Source: Methanobacteriota archaeon (GTDB lineage Archaea > Halobacteriota > Bog-38 > Methanoflorentales > Methanoflorentaceae). Taken from it: DNA of 64,000 nt. How positions within the stretch are numbered: position 1 is the first letter of the stretch; every line of letters begins with the position of its first letter. The notes under the pieces are model-generated. The model was given only the letters and a program-made list of their open reading frames with translations, was not told the origin of the DNA and made no database searches. Shown here in pieces: positions 41,285-51,792 of this stretch. The stretch lies in the NCBI GenBank assembly GCA_963720465.1, contig OY970393.1:32001-96000 (forward strand), written 5' to 3'. A program made the position numbers and the translations under genes.

Positions 41285-41984
41285 GCTGAATACCGCTGGC
41301 CCGTACTGCTGAAAAACAGGCTTGGATCGTAAATAAGTATTCGTTTCTGCGCCTTCAGGCTGAAATAGATCGGGGGCGCGCTCGTGAATGAGTGTAGTAC
41401 CCTCTTAGACGCGCAAAGGTAAGCGGGTTTAGCAGCAAGGTTCTGACGGGCCCCGTGACGGGGCGCGTTGGCCGAATTGAACAGGCGCTTTGGGCGCTAG
41501 GAAATCAAGAAAGATCTCTGTGATGGCGGTGTTCTTCGCTGACCGTCCGCTTCGCCTCGACAAGGGCACATAGCCGAGAGACTGAAGGGTTCGTATCGTT
41601 TCAAACTCCGCGTCTATAAGCTTTGACGCCGCCCGCGTGACGATGCTGTCATTGGCCGCTAGTTGACGACGTGCCACAGTTTAGCCTTGAGCGCATCAAT
41701 CCGATTAATCGCGCCCGTTACCGCCATCGTGACGTCAACCACGCTGCTGTTCGGTTCGATGATGCGTGCCGTTCTAGCTGCTTCCAACATCTCTCCAGAC
41801 GTTTCTTCATTCGTTCGCGGTTAATAGCGTTTGCCAGGCGTAGATAGCTGAAGGTTGCAGCCGGTGCTTGGCCACACGAAAATTAACACGACGGCACTGG
41901 TTCGCACACTAAGGGACGCAGAAATGCGTAGTTTTAGAGCAGTGCTGAAGCTGCAGCAGCTATCCTTGCCTCTATAATTACCTC

Positions 41985-42089
41985 CTACTTGCTGCTGTGG
42001 TGGGCTACGACAGCAGCTTTCCGGCGGTTGTCTTTTTGTTTTGCTGCCTTAGTATCTGTTTTATCATCTTTTCGTCTTTTACTAGGCAT
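41985..42089 (-). CDS. Putative 34-aa basic micropeptide
   Basis: MPSKRRKDDKTDTKAAKQKDNRRKAAVVAHHSSK with AGGAG RBS. Confidence 0.35.
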   Translation of the reverse strand: MPSKRRKDDKTDTKAAKQKDNRRKAAVVAHHSSK

Positions 42090-42314
42090 TTTTCAACTCC
42101 TTTTACATTGTAACCCGCAATGAGCTTTTACAGCTAGCTTTGCCGGCCTTTGTTGTCAGTTATGTACTTTAACTCTCCGCGTCGTCGAGCACCATGTGCT
42201 GCCGTAGGCGGTAAACAGAAAAACGTAGACCTTATTCTTCCGAATCTCCTCATCACTTGTGAGAATCAATAATATGCTTATCGGCGTGTTGGAGTGCTGG
42301 TAGCAGAGTTGCTA

Positions 42315-42407
42315 TCACTCCTCCTCTTCATCTTCATTGTCTTCAATCCTTTCCTGAACGTCTTCCTCATCGTCTAAGTTAAGATCTATATACGCAGCCA
42401 GTGACAT
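42315..42407 (-). CDS. Putative 30-aa acidic micropeptide
   Basis: MSLAAYIDLNLDDEEDVQERIEDNEDEEEE with GGAGGTGA RBS. Confidence 0.4.
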   Translation of the reverse strand: MSLAAYIDLNLDDEEDVQERIEDNEDEEEE

Positions 42408-42634
42408 CTTGCGCTCACCTCCATATATGGGGTCGCATCACTCAGCTTCAGTATGTTGTCGTGAAAGAATAGAGTCTCCTTTTCTGATCCGATTCGCTTA
42501 TCGTAGCTTCCTGAGTAAGCGCCTTGTCCTGGGCACGCTTCCCGATAGGCACGGCGGCGCGAAAAGAGAGTGACGCATACACCTCGCCTTGATTCTGATT
42601 AAACTACGCTGTGGTAAAGAGGCGTTGTAATCGC

Positions 42635-43435
42635 CTACTTCTCCACACTTCTGAACTGATATAACGTTGCTCCTATCGTCACTGCTGCGAACACCGCTAT
42701 GACTGCATACGCGACCAGAATGGTGCTCCAATCAAATCCTGTGGACATCAATACTCTGACCGCGTTGACCGCGTAACTAAACGGGTTGACATTCGAAAAG
42801 GCCTGCGCCCAGTGCGGAAGGAACTCGTATGGTACGAGCGCTGTGCTCACAAACATGAGCGGGAATATAATCACGAGATCTAACCCTGCGACTACTTGCG
42901 CACTCTTTGTGGTCACCCCTATTGCCATCGTCAGCCCTGACGTAGACAACCCAAAGAAAGCGGCAGTGAAAAGAATCAGCAAAATTCCTAGGACCCCTGT
43001 TATAACGGTTACACCGAGAGCGTACGCAAGCGCGAGCGTTATACCCGCCGGGATGAGCACCATGATCGTATCGTTCATTAATCGTCCAAACAGAATGGCT
43101 GGCCTGTTCACAGGCGTCACGAGCATCTTTGAAAGAAATCCTGAATTGATATCGTCAACCACGGCGGTTCCCGAGTACTGTGCATTAATCAATGGGTTTA
43201 AAACAATGATGCCACCCGTTGCGAATTGGACATAGCCGCCGGCAGGGAATCCTGGGAGGTTTCCAAACTGCGTGAAAATTTGCGTGAAGAGAACAAGAAA
43301 CAGCACTGGCAGGGCGAGCGTACCGAAGATGATGACAGGGGTCCGTATGGTCTTTTTCCCGGCCCTGATGAAGAGGTGCCACACGTCAAAGAGAGCGTCA
43401 TGATCCATCTTCCGTCGCTTCATATGGGTTTCCAC
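42635..43435 (-). CDS. ABC-2 type exporter permease (DrrB-like)
   Basis: 6 TM, GFLSKMLVTPVNR, LPHW..NPFSYAV. Confidence 0.9.
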   Translation of the reverse strand: METHMKRRKMDHDALFDVWHLFIRAGKKTIRTPVIIFGTLALPVLFLVLFTQIFTQFGNLPGFPAGGYVQFATGGIIVLNPLINAQYSGTAVVDDINSGFLSKMLVTPVNRPAILFGRLMNDTIMVLIPAGITLALAYALGVTVITGVLGILLILFTAAFFGLSTSGLTMAIGVTTKSAQVVAGLDLVIIFPLMFVSTALVPYEFLPHWAQAFSNVNPFSYAVNAVRVLMSTGFDWSTILVAYAVIAVFAAVTIGATLYQFRSVEK

Positions 43436-44412
43436 GTATCTCCTTTCGACAGTTCTTCTGATCGTATCCGTCTTCCTGTGTGCTGCAGAAAGACGTCATC
43501 CAGCGAGGCAGATGCGACGCTGATTGATGTCAAGCGAATCTCGTTCTCGTCAAATAGTCGTACGATATCGGGAACGAGAGCGCTCGCGTTCTTAGCGTAT
43601 GCCGCCAGTCCCGTTTCGATATCGAGGACCTTTGTAACGCCTTGAATGCCACTGACAATCCGCTTTGATCGGTCTCTTATATCGTCTGAGTCCGCGTCGG
43701 CCAGTGACAGCGTGATGGTGTCACCGCCGAGTTGATGCTTCAGTTCAACGGGTGAGCCGCTCACCACGATCTCTCCGTGATCGAGTATTGAGAGCCGCTG
43801 ACAGAGCCTGTCCGCTTCTTCCATCTGCTGGGTTGTCAAAAAAACCGTAACACCTTCCTCTCTGTTGAGCGTTTCGAGGTGCTCCCAGATAGCGACGCGC
43901 GATTGCGGATCGAGCCCCGAGGTCGGTTCATCGAGAAACAGCACGCGCGGTTTGTGCACAAGCGTAGACGCGAGATTGAGCCGCTTCTTCATCCCTCCGG
44001 AGTACCGAGCCGCCCTCTTGTCTGCGACGTCCGAGAGCTCAACGAGTGTGAGCAGTTCGTCCACACGTTTCTTGAGGGCGTCACCGTGCAACCTCTGGAG
44101 GTGCCCCTGAAGGGTGAGGTTTTCCCGACCCGTCAAGTCCCCATCCAGAATGATTTCCTGGCGTTGAACGCCGATAACTTTGCGAATCGCGCGAGCGTCG
44201 GTATCAACATCGTAGCCAGCAACGGTCGCAGAACCAGAGGTCTTCTTCAGCAGTGTCGTGAGAACCTGGATCGTCGTGCTCTTTCCGGCACCGTTCGGGC
44301 CGAGGAACCCGAAGAACTCGCCCTCTCCGACACTGAACGAGATCCCATCGACAGCCCGTGTACGGCCAGGATACACTTTGACGAGGTTTTCGACGGTAAT
44401 GATATCTGACAC
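43420..44412 (-). CDS. ABC exporter ATP-binding protein (DrrA-like)
   Basis: GPNGAGKST, YSGGMKKR, FLDEPT, SLDDVFLQHTG. The H-loop His appears as Gln (TTQQ). Confidence 0.93.
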   Translation of the reverse strand: MSDIITVENLVKVYPGRTRAVDGISFSVGEGEFFGFLGPNGAGKSTTIQVLTTLLKKTSGSATVAGYDVDTDARAIRKVIGVQRQEIILDGDLTGRENLTLQGHLQRLHGDALKKRVDELLTLVELSDVADKRAARYSGGMKKRLNLASTLVHKPRVLFLDEPTSGLDPQSRVAIWEHLETLNREEGVTVFLTTQQMEEADRLCQRLSILDHGEIVVSGSPVELKHQLGGDTITLSLADADSDDIRDRSKRIVSGIQGVTKVLDIETGLAAYAKNASALVPDIVRLFDENEIRLTSISVASASLDDVFLQHTGRRIRSEELSKGDTWKPI

Positions 44413-44540
44413 TATAAACCTCCTTTAGTTTTGGCTCTCGAGGTTGTGCACCGAGCACCGTCGCATCGGCACGCCAGCTTCGAAACGTCTTCCTGACAAG
44501 CCCAGTCCTGATTTCTGCGACATAACTCTCTGCATGACGT

Positions 44541-44579
44541 TTAGGCCAACCTAATATATAACATTTTAGGCCAGCCTAA
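44541..44579. promoter_or_regulatory. Two TTAGG-N4-CCTAA palindromes flanking a TATA box (DtxR/MntR-type operator candidates)
   Basis: TTAGGCCAACCTAA 44541-44554, TTAGGCCAGCCTAA 44566-44579, TTATATA on the minus strand between them. Confidence 0.65.
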
Positions 44580-45096
44580 TCTAGTTGTGTTATGGCTAGC
44601 GGCAGACCCATCTTGCAAGAGATGAAGCCACTCGAGCATCGAGTCTCGCTCGGGAATCTTATGCGGCAGAACCTGTGCACGTGCCCCCCCGAGTAAGTGA
44701 CGATTTGGAGTTTAGCACTCCCGTCTTTCTTTTTCCGCGACAATGTACGAGCTAGGATAGCGAGCATGTTTCTTTTGCCACTTTCTTGGCTATGTGTCGC
44801 CTAAAACCGAAGTGCTTAGATATTCGGGCCGTAGCTCTTTCCACCCGTAAGGCGCGCAATACCGAAAACGGGCGCTGTCCTTTAGACGTGTTGGCTGCGC
44901 CCTCCTCGCATATCTCGTCGAGCAAAGCACTTATTGGTGATGAGACCAATTGAACAGGTCACAAGAAAACAAAAGGGCGCTGTCGGGACGCAGCCCTGCA
45001 TAATTTCTTCTGATTTCACCTCTAAAGTGAAGTCGTGGGCCTGCATTCCCGACGCGCGCTTGTCTATATGCAAGCGTGCCAAGGAGGTGAGACAGC

Positions 45097-45318
45097 ATGA
45101 AAGTGCCGATGACCCCAGAAAACAAGGAGAAGTGCATTTGCATTAGCTGCCCTACCTACACCCAGAACAGCCTTGTGGGTGGGGTGTTTTGCGCCACGGG
45201 CAAGAGCCAAAAGACAGCTGAGATGAGGGGATGTAACTGCCCCGAATGTCAGGTGTATACTGATCACGACCTCAAGGGAGGTTACTTCTGCATGAAAGGC
45301 GCTGGTATTGGCGAGTAA
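45097..45318 (+). CDS. Small Cys-rich protein (DUF2769-like)
   Basis: CICISCPTY..FCATGKS..GCNCPECQV..YFC, GGAGGTGA RBS. Confidence 0.75.
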   Translation: MKVPMTPENKEKCICISCPTYTQNSLVGGVFCATGKSQKTAEMRGCNCPECQVYTDHDLKGGYFCMKGAGIGE

Positions 45319-45357
45319 CGGTAATGGCTTTTGTCGCTACCAGAAGGTTGTAAAAAT

Positions 45358-45837
45358 ATGACATTTTATGACATCACGTTTCGTGATTCGTTCGGATCAA
45401 CTGTTAGTATGTCCGAATTTCGTGGAAAGGTCGTTCTCATTGTTAACACGGCGACCAAATGCGGTCTGGCGGGTCAGTTCAAAGAACTCGAAGAACTTCA
45501 ACAGACTTACAAAGACAAGGGACTTGTGGTGATTGGCTTTCCCTCTGACCAGTTTAAACAGGAGCCAGAGACAAATGAGACCATGGTCAAAGCTTGCCTA
45601 ATAAATTTTGGCGTAACATTCCTCATTTCCGAGAAAATAAACGTTAACGGTAAAGATACCCATCCTCTCTTTGTTTATCTGAAAAAAGAGTTACCCGGAG
45701 GTATTCTTGGAAGCACCATAAAGTGGAATTTTACAAAATTCTTGGTTTCCAAAGAAGGTGTGCCTTTTAAGCGGTATTCGCCAACAACAAAACCCGTTGA
45801 AATAGAAGGAGACATCATCAACCAATTGGATAAGTGA
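45358..45837 (+). CDS. Glutathione peroxidase-family peroxidase (Cys type, AT-rich)
   Basis: VLIVNTATKCGL, GFPSDQF..QEP, IKWNFTKFLV. Confidence 0.93.
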   Translation: MTFYDITFRDSFGSTVSMSEFRGKVVLIVNTATKCGLAGQFKELEELQQTYKDKGLVVIGFPSDQFKQEPETNETMVKACLINFGVTFLISEKINVNGKDTHPLFVYLKKELPGGILGSTIKWNFTKFLVSKEGVPFKRYSPTTKPVEIEGDIINQLDK

Positions 45838-46209
45838 TACCTCTTCAATCTCAAGTCGATAGGTGGATTTGGAATAAATAGTTTGATGAATTGCATTTAG
45901 AGCGATGGTGATGCTCCCTCTTCGGCCCTACTTCACCGACATGGCCATGCTCCGCCACAGCCCCATCTTCTGATCGCCTCACAAGGTGAGGTACCTCAAC
46001 GCCTCGTTCGGCATGCCCTTCGCCAAATAGGCATTCCCGCTGCTGAAGTAAGCCCTCTCGATCAGATCGCGGTCGTTCGTGCTCTTGCGGCGCAAGCGAA
46101 ACGCTTACGTTCTCAAATCCCATAGAGGATTAGTTTTCTGCGAGCGGACACTGGGTCTAATGGGAGCGAACCAACCGCGGCGACTGATCTGTTCTATCTG
46201 CTGCTGACG

Positions 46210-46872
46210 GTGCTCCCATTCGCCCTTGCGAGCATGGTGAGTCCGCTGGCAATAATCACCGTCATGGCGGTGCTCAGTGCGACGACGCGCCGGACACTCA
46301 AGGCGGTCTTTTTTGGCGATAACGTGCGCGACGGTCTTTTGGGCGATATGCCTGCTGCTCGTCGCCGTCGGGAGCGCTGCGACAATCGGCGGAAAGCCCT
46401 CATCGGTAACTGCAGGCATTGACGTTGTCCTGGGTGTCATTCTGCTTTACATAGCCGGTCGCTCGTTGACCAAGGGGGTGGGTACGCCTCTGGTTCGGTC
46501 TTTTGACCCGGATGCGATGAGCGTCGCTGCCGTCGTGTCGATGAGCGTGCTCTTCAGCGCGAGCAATGTCTCCTCGCTGATTCCAGCGCTTGCGGCAAGC
46601 AAGGACATCGGCGTCGCCGCGGTGCTGCCCTTTGACAAAACCGTCGCCTTTATTTTCCTGCTCGCGCCTTTGTTTTCCTGCTCGCCATTGCGTTGAGCTG
46701 GGTCTGGGCGCCCGTCGTCGTATATCTCGTCACGCCCAACAACTTCGACAGGTTGCTCGATCCTGTCATCCGCTTCTTGCGCAGGCACGGCGGTCAGTTA
46801 ATGGCCGCTGTCTTATTCTTGATCGGCCTGTATCTCGTCGTTCGAGGAGTGACCGGTTTTGCTGCGCTGTAG
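46210..46872 (+). pseudogene. GAP-family (DUF2910-like) membrane protein with two frameshifts
   Basis: ALASMVSP.., then ORF 46277, then SWVWAPVVVYLV..FLRRHG..LFLIGLYLV in a third frame; 20-bp duplication at 46645-46684. Confidence 0.6.
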
Positions 46873-47179
46873 TGCAGGAATGCTCACTCACACGCCAGAT
46901 TCGCGCGCAGGTTGTGCGGAGGAGTCGTACGACGGGCGACAGCCTGACAACGCGGAGCCGTCAATCTGCCAGGCGACGCGGGCGGCGATAATATTCACAA
47001 TACGGGACGCGACTATTGTCGCCGCGAATCTAGACCCTCGTTCAAAGTGTCACCCTCTAAACTGGAATTAGCACTGACGTATTGACGAGTGACGATTCAG
47101 CGGGTAAACTTCATTAAACGAACAATGCATACCAAAGCAGTCTAAGCGGCACGCAGACTGTCTGTGGGAGAACGAGAAA

Positions 47180-47542
47180 ATGAAAAAACACCTCATTTTA
47201 GCGCTCGTTGTGATAGCGGGTGCAACGGTTATGATCGCGGGATGCACATCATCGTCAAGCCCGAGTCCAAGTCCAGTTACTAGCACCGCGAGCCAAAATT
47301 CCGTCGCTATCCAAAATTACGCGTTCAACCCGTCGACGCTCACGATCCAAAAAGGGGCCAATGTGACGTGGACAAATTATGATTCGGTCCAACATACGGT
47401 TACTTCAGATTCAGGGGCGTTTTCATCGCCACATATCAGCACTGGCGACACTTACACGTATCAGTTTAACAACACAGGCTCGTTTTCTTATCATTGTAGC
47501 ATACATCCGTATATGAAAGGAACAATCGTAGTCGTGGCGTGA
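47180..47542 (+). CDS. Cupredoxin (plastocyanin/halocyanin-like) lipoprotein
   Basis: Lipobox IAGC, FNP, HTV, YHCSIHPYMKG type-1 copper ligands. Confidence 0.92.
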   Translation: MKKHLILALVVIAGATVMIAGCTSSSSPSPSPVTSTASQNSVAIQNYAFNPSTLTIQKGANVTWTNYDSVQHTVTSDSGAFSSPHISTGDTYTYQFNNTGSFSYHCSIHPYMKGTIVVVA

Positions 47543-48163
47543 AGGCCGCACTCTTATGATGATCATAAGCTGTGAGTATAGGTGGAACAAAACACAACTA
47601 AGACTGTTAACCACCCCGCGTACTTCTAAAATAGTCACACGAACTTATTTGGACCAAGCATCGACCCATGCACGGAGCGGTTTCACAGCCTTAGAAATTC
47701 TAAACCGAGGCAGCTACAGTATAACTAAAACCTATTTGAAGCTTTATTACAAATTTAGTACGTTACGGCGGTTTCCCTTCCCGTTGTGTTCTTCGCAGTG
47801 ACGCTGGGTTAGTCTCTGATGTAGCGCGGACGGCGGCACTCCTCACAATACGGAATGCCCTCTCTATCGCCACGCAGCTTACAATGGGCGTACTTCTCGC
47901 ACCTTTGGCAGTTCATCATAGGTGTATTTCATGAAAAGCTGCGTAAAGTGTGCTATCTATGCGGTGGGAAACTAACAGGGCTAGGCCCCGAGGTAGCTAT
48001 ATCGGCAATTTGTTCGTTCAACCCGCTTTGTACGCTATATTTCCGCGCTTTCCAAGGACCCCATTCAGCCAGCGGAGTCGACTGACCGCAAGCATATAGT
48101 TGACACGCTTACTTCGATGATTGCGTGAAGTGGCTAATAGTAGTGCAAACACAGTGACTATCT

Positions 48164-48376
48164 ATGACTACACATGCTCGCAAGCCAAAAGAGCCCTGTT
48201 TTGTCACAGGCCACGAAGCTCTAATATACGAAGTCGAACGGGCGTGTGGCCAATTAAACAAGCTTAAGGACTCGCAACTAGACGAGCCTTACGTACGTGC
48301 GGTGGCTGCGGAAATACGAGCGCACATGGACCACTTAGGGGCAAGTTTGCAAGACTTGACGGAACCTTGCGGTTAA
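48164..48376 (+). CDS. Hypothetical protein
   Basis: 70-aa helical ORF, no motif. Confidence 0.4.
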   Translation: MTTHARKPKEPCFVTGHEALIYEVERACGQLNKLKDSQLDEPYVRAVAAEIRAHMDHLGASLQDLTEPCG

Positions 48377-48414
48377 TGACTGTAGCTAAAACGTCTCGCG
48401 CTACGGCTACGCGT

Positions 48415-48781
48415 TCGCGCTCACGACTCTTCATGCGCATAGCCGTATCAGCGAGACTGATGTATTTGCACGTGTATCCTTTTGATAATTCGTCGCAACT
48501 GCTGACGTGCACTGTTGGGTAGCCAGGCTTCGTGCATGCGGTCTTGCAGGTATTGGTAAGCTTCCCAACTGGTTAAGCACCTCCTCAAAAGTTTTTCGGC
48601 GGCCATATCGGCATAGTCGTTTTTGTAGTCCGCGATTTCAAGAATCAGTTCATCGACCTCTGTCCAATCGTTGTTCATGGCGCAAAATGGTAGGTCTATC
48701 TGGGTAATTGTTAGCTAAAAGTAGAGCGAAAGTGTGGTAAAATTCAGAGACCCCTCGTGCACGACGTTTCTAAGGCAGTCA
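48415..48781 (-). pseudogene. Second, inverted copy of the 32272 gene with upstream region; premature TGA at 48448
   Basis: ...HQSR*YGYAHEES* versus ...HQCREYGYAYEGS*. Confidence 0.8.
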
Positions 48782-48986
48782 CTGCAAGTGCGACAGTGTC
48801 CAGAAAAACAAGACTACAATGGGGCGCGTGCTGGTTTTTATACAAGCAAATGCCTCTTGAGAGTCGGTATGCCTCAATTCAGCGTGGTCAATGTGATGCT
48901 CAAAACACCGTATAGACGTAAATTTTAAGCAAACAGCCGCTGTGTTACGGGTTTGTTACAATGGAAAAGAACCGGAGGTGAATATC

Positions 48987-49286
48987 GTGACGAAAGGATG
49001 GTGCGAAAACTGTCAATGCCTAAACCGTAACGGTGCACTGTATTGCTCTCAATGTGGTGAAGAACTTCAAAATGGTGAAGAACTTCATAAGCAACAACCG
49101 GACATCAAGATAATGTTTGTAGGGCTCATTATTGTCCTTGCGTGGCTCCTGTTCTGGGCATTGTGGCTATTTTTCTACGCCAGCGGTTTTAGCATCTTGC
49201 AAAACTTAGGGGTCTTTCTGCTATCCCTTGTCGTTCTGTTGATATTAGAGATCTTGTTAACGGTTCCATTCACGAGGAGGAGGTAA
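48987..49286 (+). CDS. Zinc-ribbon membrane protein
   Basis: CENC..CSQC followed by 2 TM, GGAGGTG RBS. Confidence 0.65.
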   Translation: MTKGWCENCQCLNRNGALYCSQCGEELQNGEELHKQQPDIKIMFVGLIIVLAWLLFWALWLFFYASGFSILQNLGVFLLSLVVLLILEILLTVPFTRRR

Positions 49287-49511
49287 CCCCTATAGCAGCT
49301 AAAAAGAACGTAGCGATTACGACAGCTATGGCTGAAGTTCATATCGAATTGTAAAGCCGAAAATGCCCTATGTCCCTCTACTTACTGCACAAAAGCCGAC
49401 TTATCGCAGATTCGGGTTCAAGGTGTTGGTTTTAGTAGCGGAGCTAGGAGCTACGGAAGTGGGTAAAAGAAACACGCTGCGCGGCGTTCTCTAAGTTAGT
49501 CCGGCCCCAGT

Positions 49512-49727
49512 TCATTCTTTGTGCTCTTTTTTGTAATTAACAATCAGATTCAACACTTCCATGTAAGCAACATATTGCCCATTTGCAAAAGAAGCAGCGG
49601 TGTCCACTGAGTCACGATTATCTTTGGCACTTTGGTTTGCTCCTTTCTCGCACAATTCTAAAATCAGTTTAACCAGAGTTTTACAATCTTTCAATGTATA
49701 GCTGGATTTAATCATTTTATCCCTCAC
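49512..49727 (-). CDS. Hypothetical AT-rich protein
   Basis: 71-aa ORF in an AT-rich patch. Confidence 0.4.
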   Translation of the reverse strand: MRDKMIKSSYTLKDCKTLVKLILELCEKGANQSAKDNRDSVDTAASFANGQYVAYMEVLNLIVNYKKEHKE

Positions 49728-50476
49728 TCACATCACGAAAACCCGTCAGTACACACTTCTTCTTCGTCAACTTCTCGTTTGCCACATACGTAGTCTCAGC
49801 GTATGGTCCATATAACACATCATTGCTATAGGGATGCACATACGTGCCTTAATTAATGCACTTCATATCGCAAGCGGTCGGTTTTGGCAGCGGAGGAGCC
49901 GAAGGCGAGGGCCGGAACGATCTTTATCCTAAGCCCTGGACACGTCCGCTGAAGATGCACAAACGATGAACGCGCCGCGTAACACACGACTTATTCTACA
50001 TACGAACATAGGCTCCGCATCTTCCTTATCACGCGTGGCGTGACGTCGGCAATGATGTTGTAGGTCATTGACTCTGTGAACAGCCTTGACAGCGAAAGGT
50101 CAAGCGCTTGAGCAAGCAGAAGAAGATGTCATTTAAGCTGTCGAACTGATGGGGCACTCAACCTGTAAGTTCGACATCTTCCAGTATCGCATATACACAT
50201 CATACACGTGCTCAGGCAGCCGATGTTTGTAAAATCGCGAATCAACCCCGAAAACGCCGTGTGTAAGGATATGTGCTCGGTTTGATTGATCCCACTGAAC
50301 ACTGTCACCATATTGCTCGGCGAACGTCTGCAGATCGCCTGGAACAAAATGAGCCGTAACTCGTGTGGGCGGAACCTTCTGTACTGCTGCTCTAATCAAT
50401 CTACAAAGCGAAATTGCACGTGTGTGCTAATTTCACCGAAGGAACAGCGCTTTAAGGTGATGCACTGCAATAATTT

Positions 50477-50992
50477 TTAGACATTTGCTTCTGGGAGTGG
50501 AACGTAAACCCGTGCTGCCAACTCAGTATCTAACATAAATAAGGCAGCAGGATCTTGAGCTATCATTTTTAAGCGCCTAACGATAGCCGCAAAATTAGAT
50601 TCTTCCTCTATCTGCTCATTTACATACCACTCAAGGAAGCCTGAAGCTGCATAGTTTTTTTCTTCTATAGCAATAGTTTTTAAGTCGTAAATTCTACCTG
50701 TGACAATTTTTTCATGGTTTAATGCTATCTCAAAAGCATTTAGAACAGAGCTAAAATCTGCTTGTGGATCTTGGAAACCAGTAATCCTAACATTGCCTTC
50801 CATTTCAGTTACAAAATTAAAAAACTTCATCGCATGATCTACCTCTTCGTGATATTGCACTCTTAAAAAATGTGAAAAGCCTGGCAGATCAATAGCAGCA
50901 CAATAGGCAGCCATTGATAAATAAATGTGGGCTGAATAAAACTCGAAAGTTGTTTGCTCGTTAATAGCTTGATTCAATTTTGTGGAAATCAT
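50477..50992 (-). CDS. ftnA: Ferritin (non-heme, AT-rich)
   Basis: EFYSAHIYLSMAAY, HEEVDHA, HEKIVT, FLEWYVNEQIEEE. Confidence 0.93.
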   Translation of the reverse strand: MISTKLNQAINEQTTFEFYSAHIYLSMAAYCAAIDLPGFSHFLRVQYHEEVDHAMKFFNFVTEMEGNVRITGFQDPQADFSSVLNAFEIALNHEKIVTGRIYDLKTIAIEEKNYAASGFLEWYVNEQIEEESNFAAIVRRLKMIAQDPAALFMLDTELAARVYVPLPEANV

Positions 50993-51132
50993 TTGTCTTG
51001 CCTCCTAAAATATTGTTTATGAATTGATATTACTACAAGAATGAAATATAAAAACAGTGCTATTTCAGGCAATATCTGCACATTCAACGCACAAGAAAAT
51101 GGGAAGCTCTCCTTGGGCCTTCCTGAGCCCAA

Positions 51133-51606
51133 TTAGCAAAGCTCAATCGACCCTCTTGAACAACTTCCCATCAGCGCCGCATACTGAGCATGTGGCTGGC
51201 GCCTCCTTTTCCACCGTATTCCCGCAGTAGGACAGACGTAATAGGGGAACGTCTCCGTTGATTTGCCCTGGTTGGAAAGAAGCGTATTAAAAAGCTCGGA
51301 ATGGGGGTTCTCCACCTCGTTGGCTAAGTAGAAGGACATTTCGGCGTCGTTAAGCTTCTCAGCTTTGGCCGTTTCAATCATCTCAGGATACATGCTCTGA
51401 TACTCGTGATCCTCGCAAGAGATGGCCCCCTCGAGGTTCTCTGGAGTCGACAGGATGGCGTTCATAGCCCCCAGGTGGTTATTGGCATGCACTGCCTCTG
51501 CCTCAGAAGCTGCCCGAAACAGCGTGGCTGCCTGGGAGAATCTTTCTTTATCGGCTTTGGCTGCAAATGTTGGTACTTGCGGTTGGCCTGGGACTCTCCC
51601 GCAAGT
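51133..51606 (-). pseudogene. Rubrerythrin remnant, 5'-truncated and frameshifted
   Basis: AGESQANRKY in one frame, then FAAKADKE..EAVHA..MYP..YYVCP. Confidence 0.75.
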
Positions 51607-51792
51607 CGATCTTGGGCGCGGGGGCCGCAGGGTCACGAGTTCAAGCGCTTATGACGAGCTTTTTGGCCCATCAGGAATCAACAATTTGAACAGCATTCTG
51701 GTTCTGCCAGATATCATGAAATCCTATACCCGTGCCTGCAAAAGGCGAAGTATCATGAGAGGATAACAATGTGAAAAGGAAGTGAGTAGCTT

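Noticed and set aside
51620-51645. tRNA-like fragment GGTCACGAGTTCAA next to the rubrerythrin truncation
   Set aside because: No complementary T-stem strand or acceptor sequence follows, and it is too short to call
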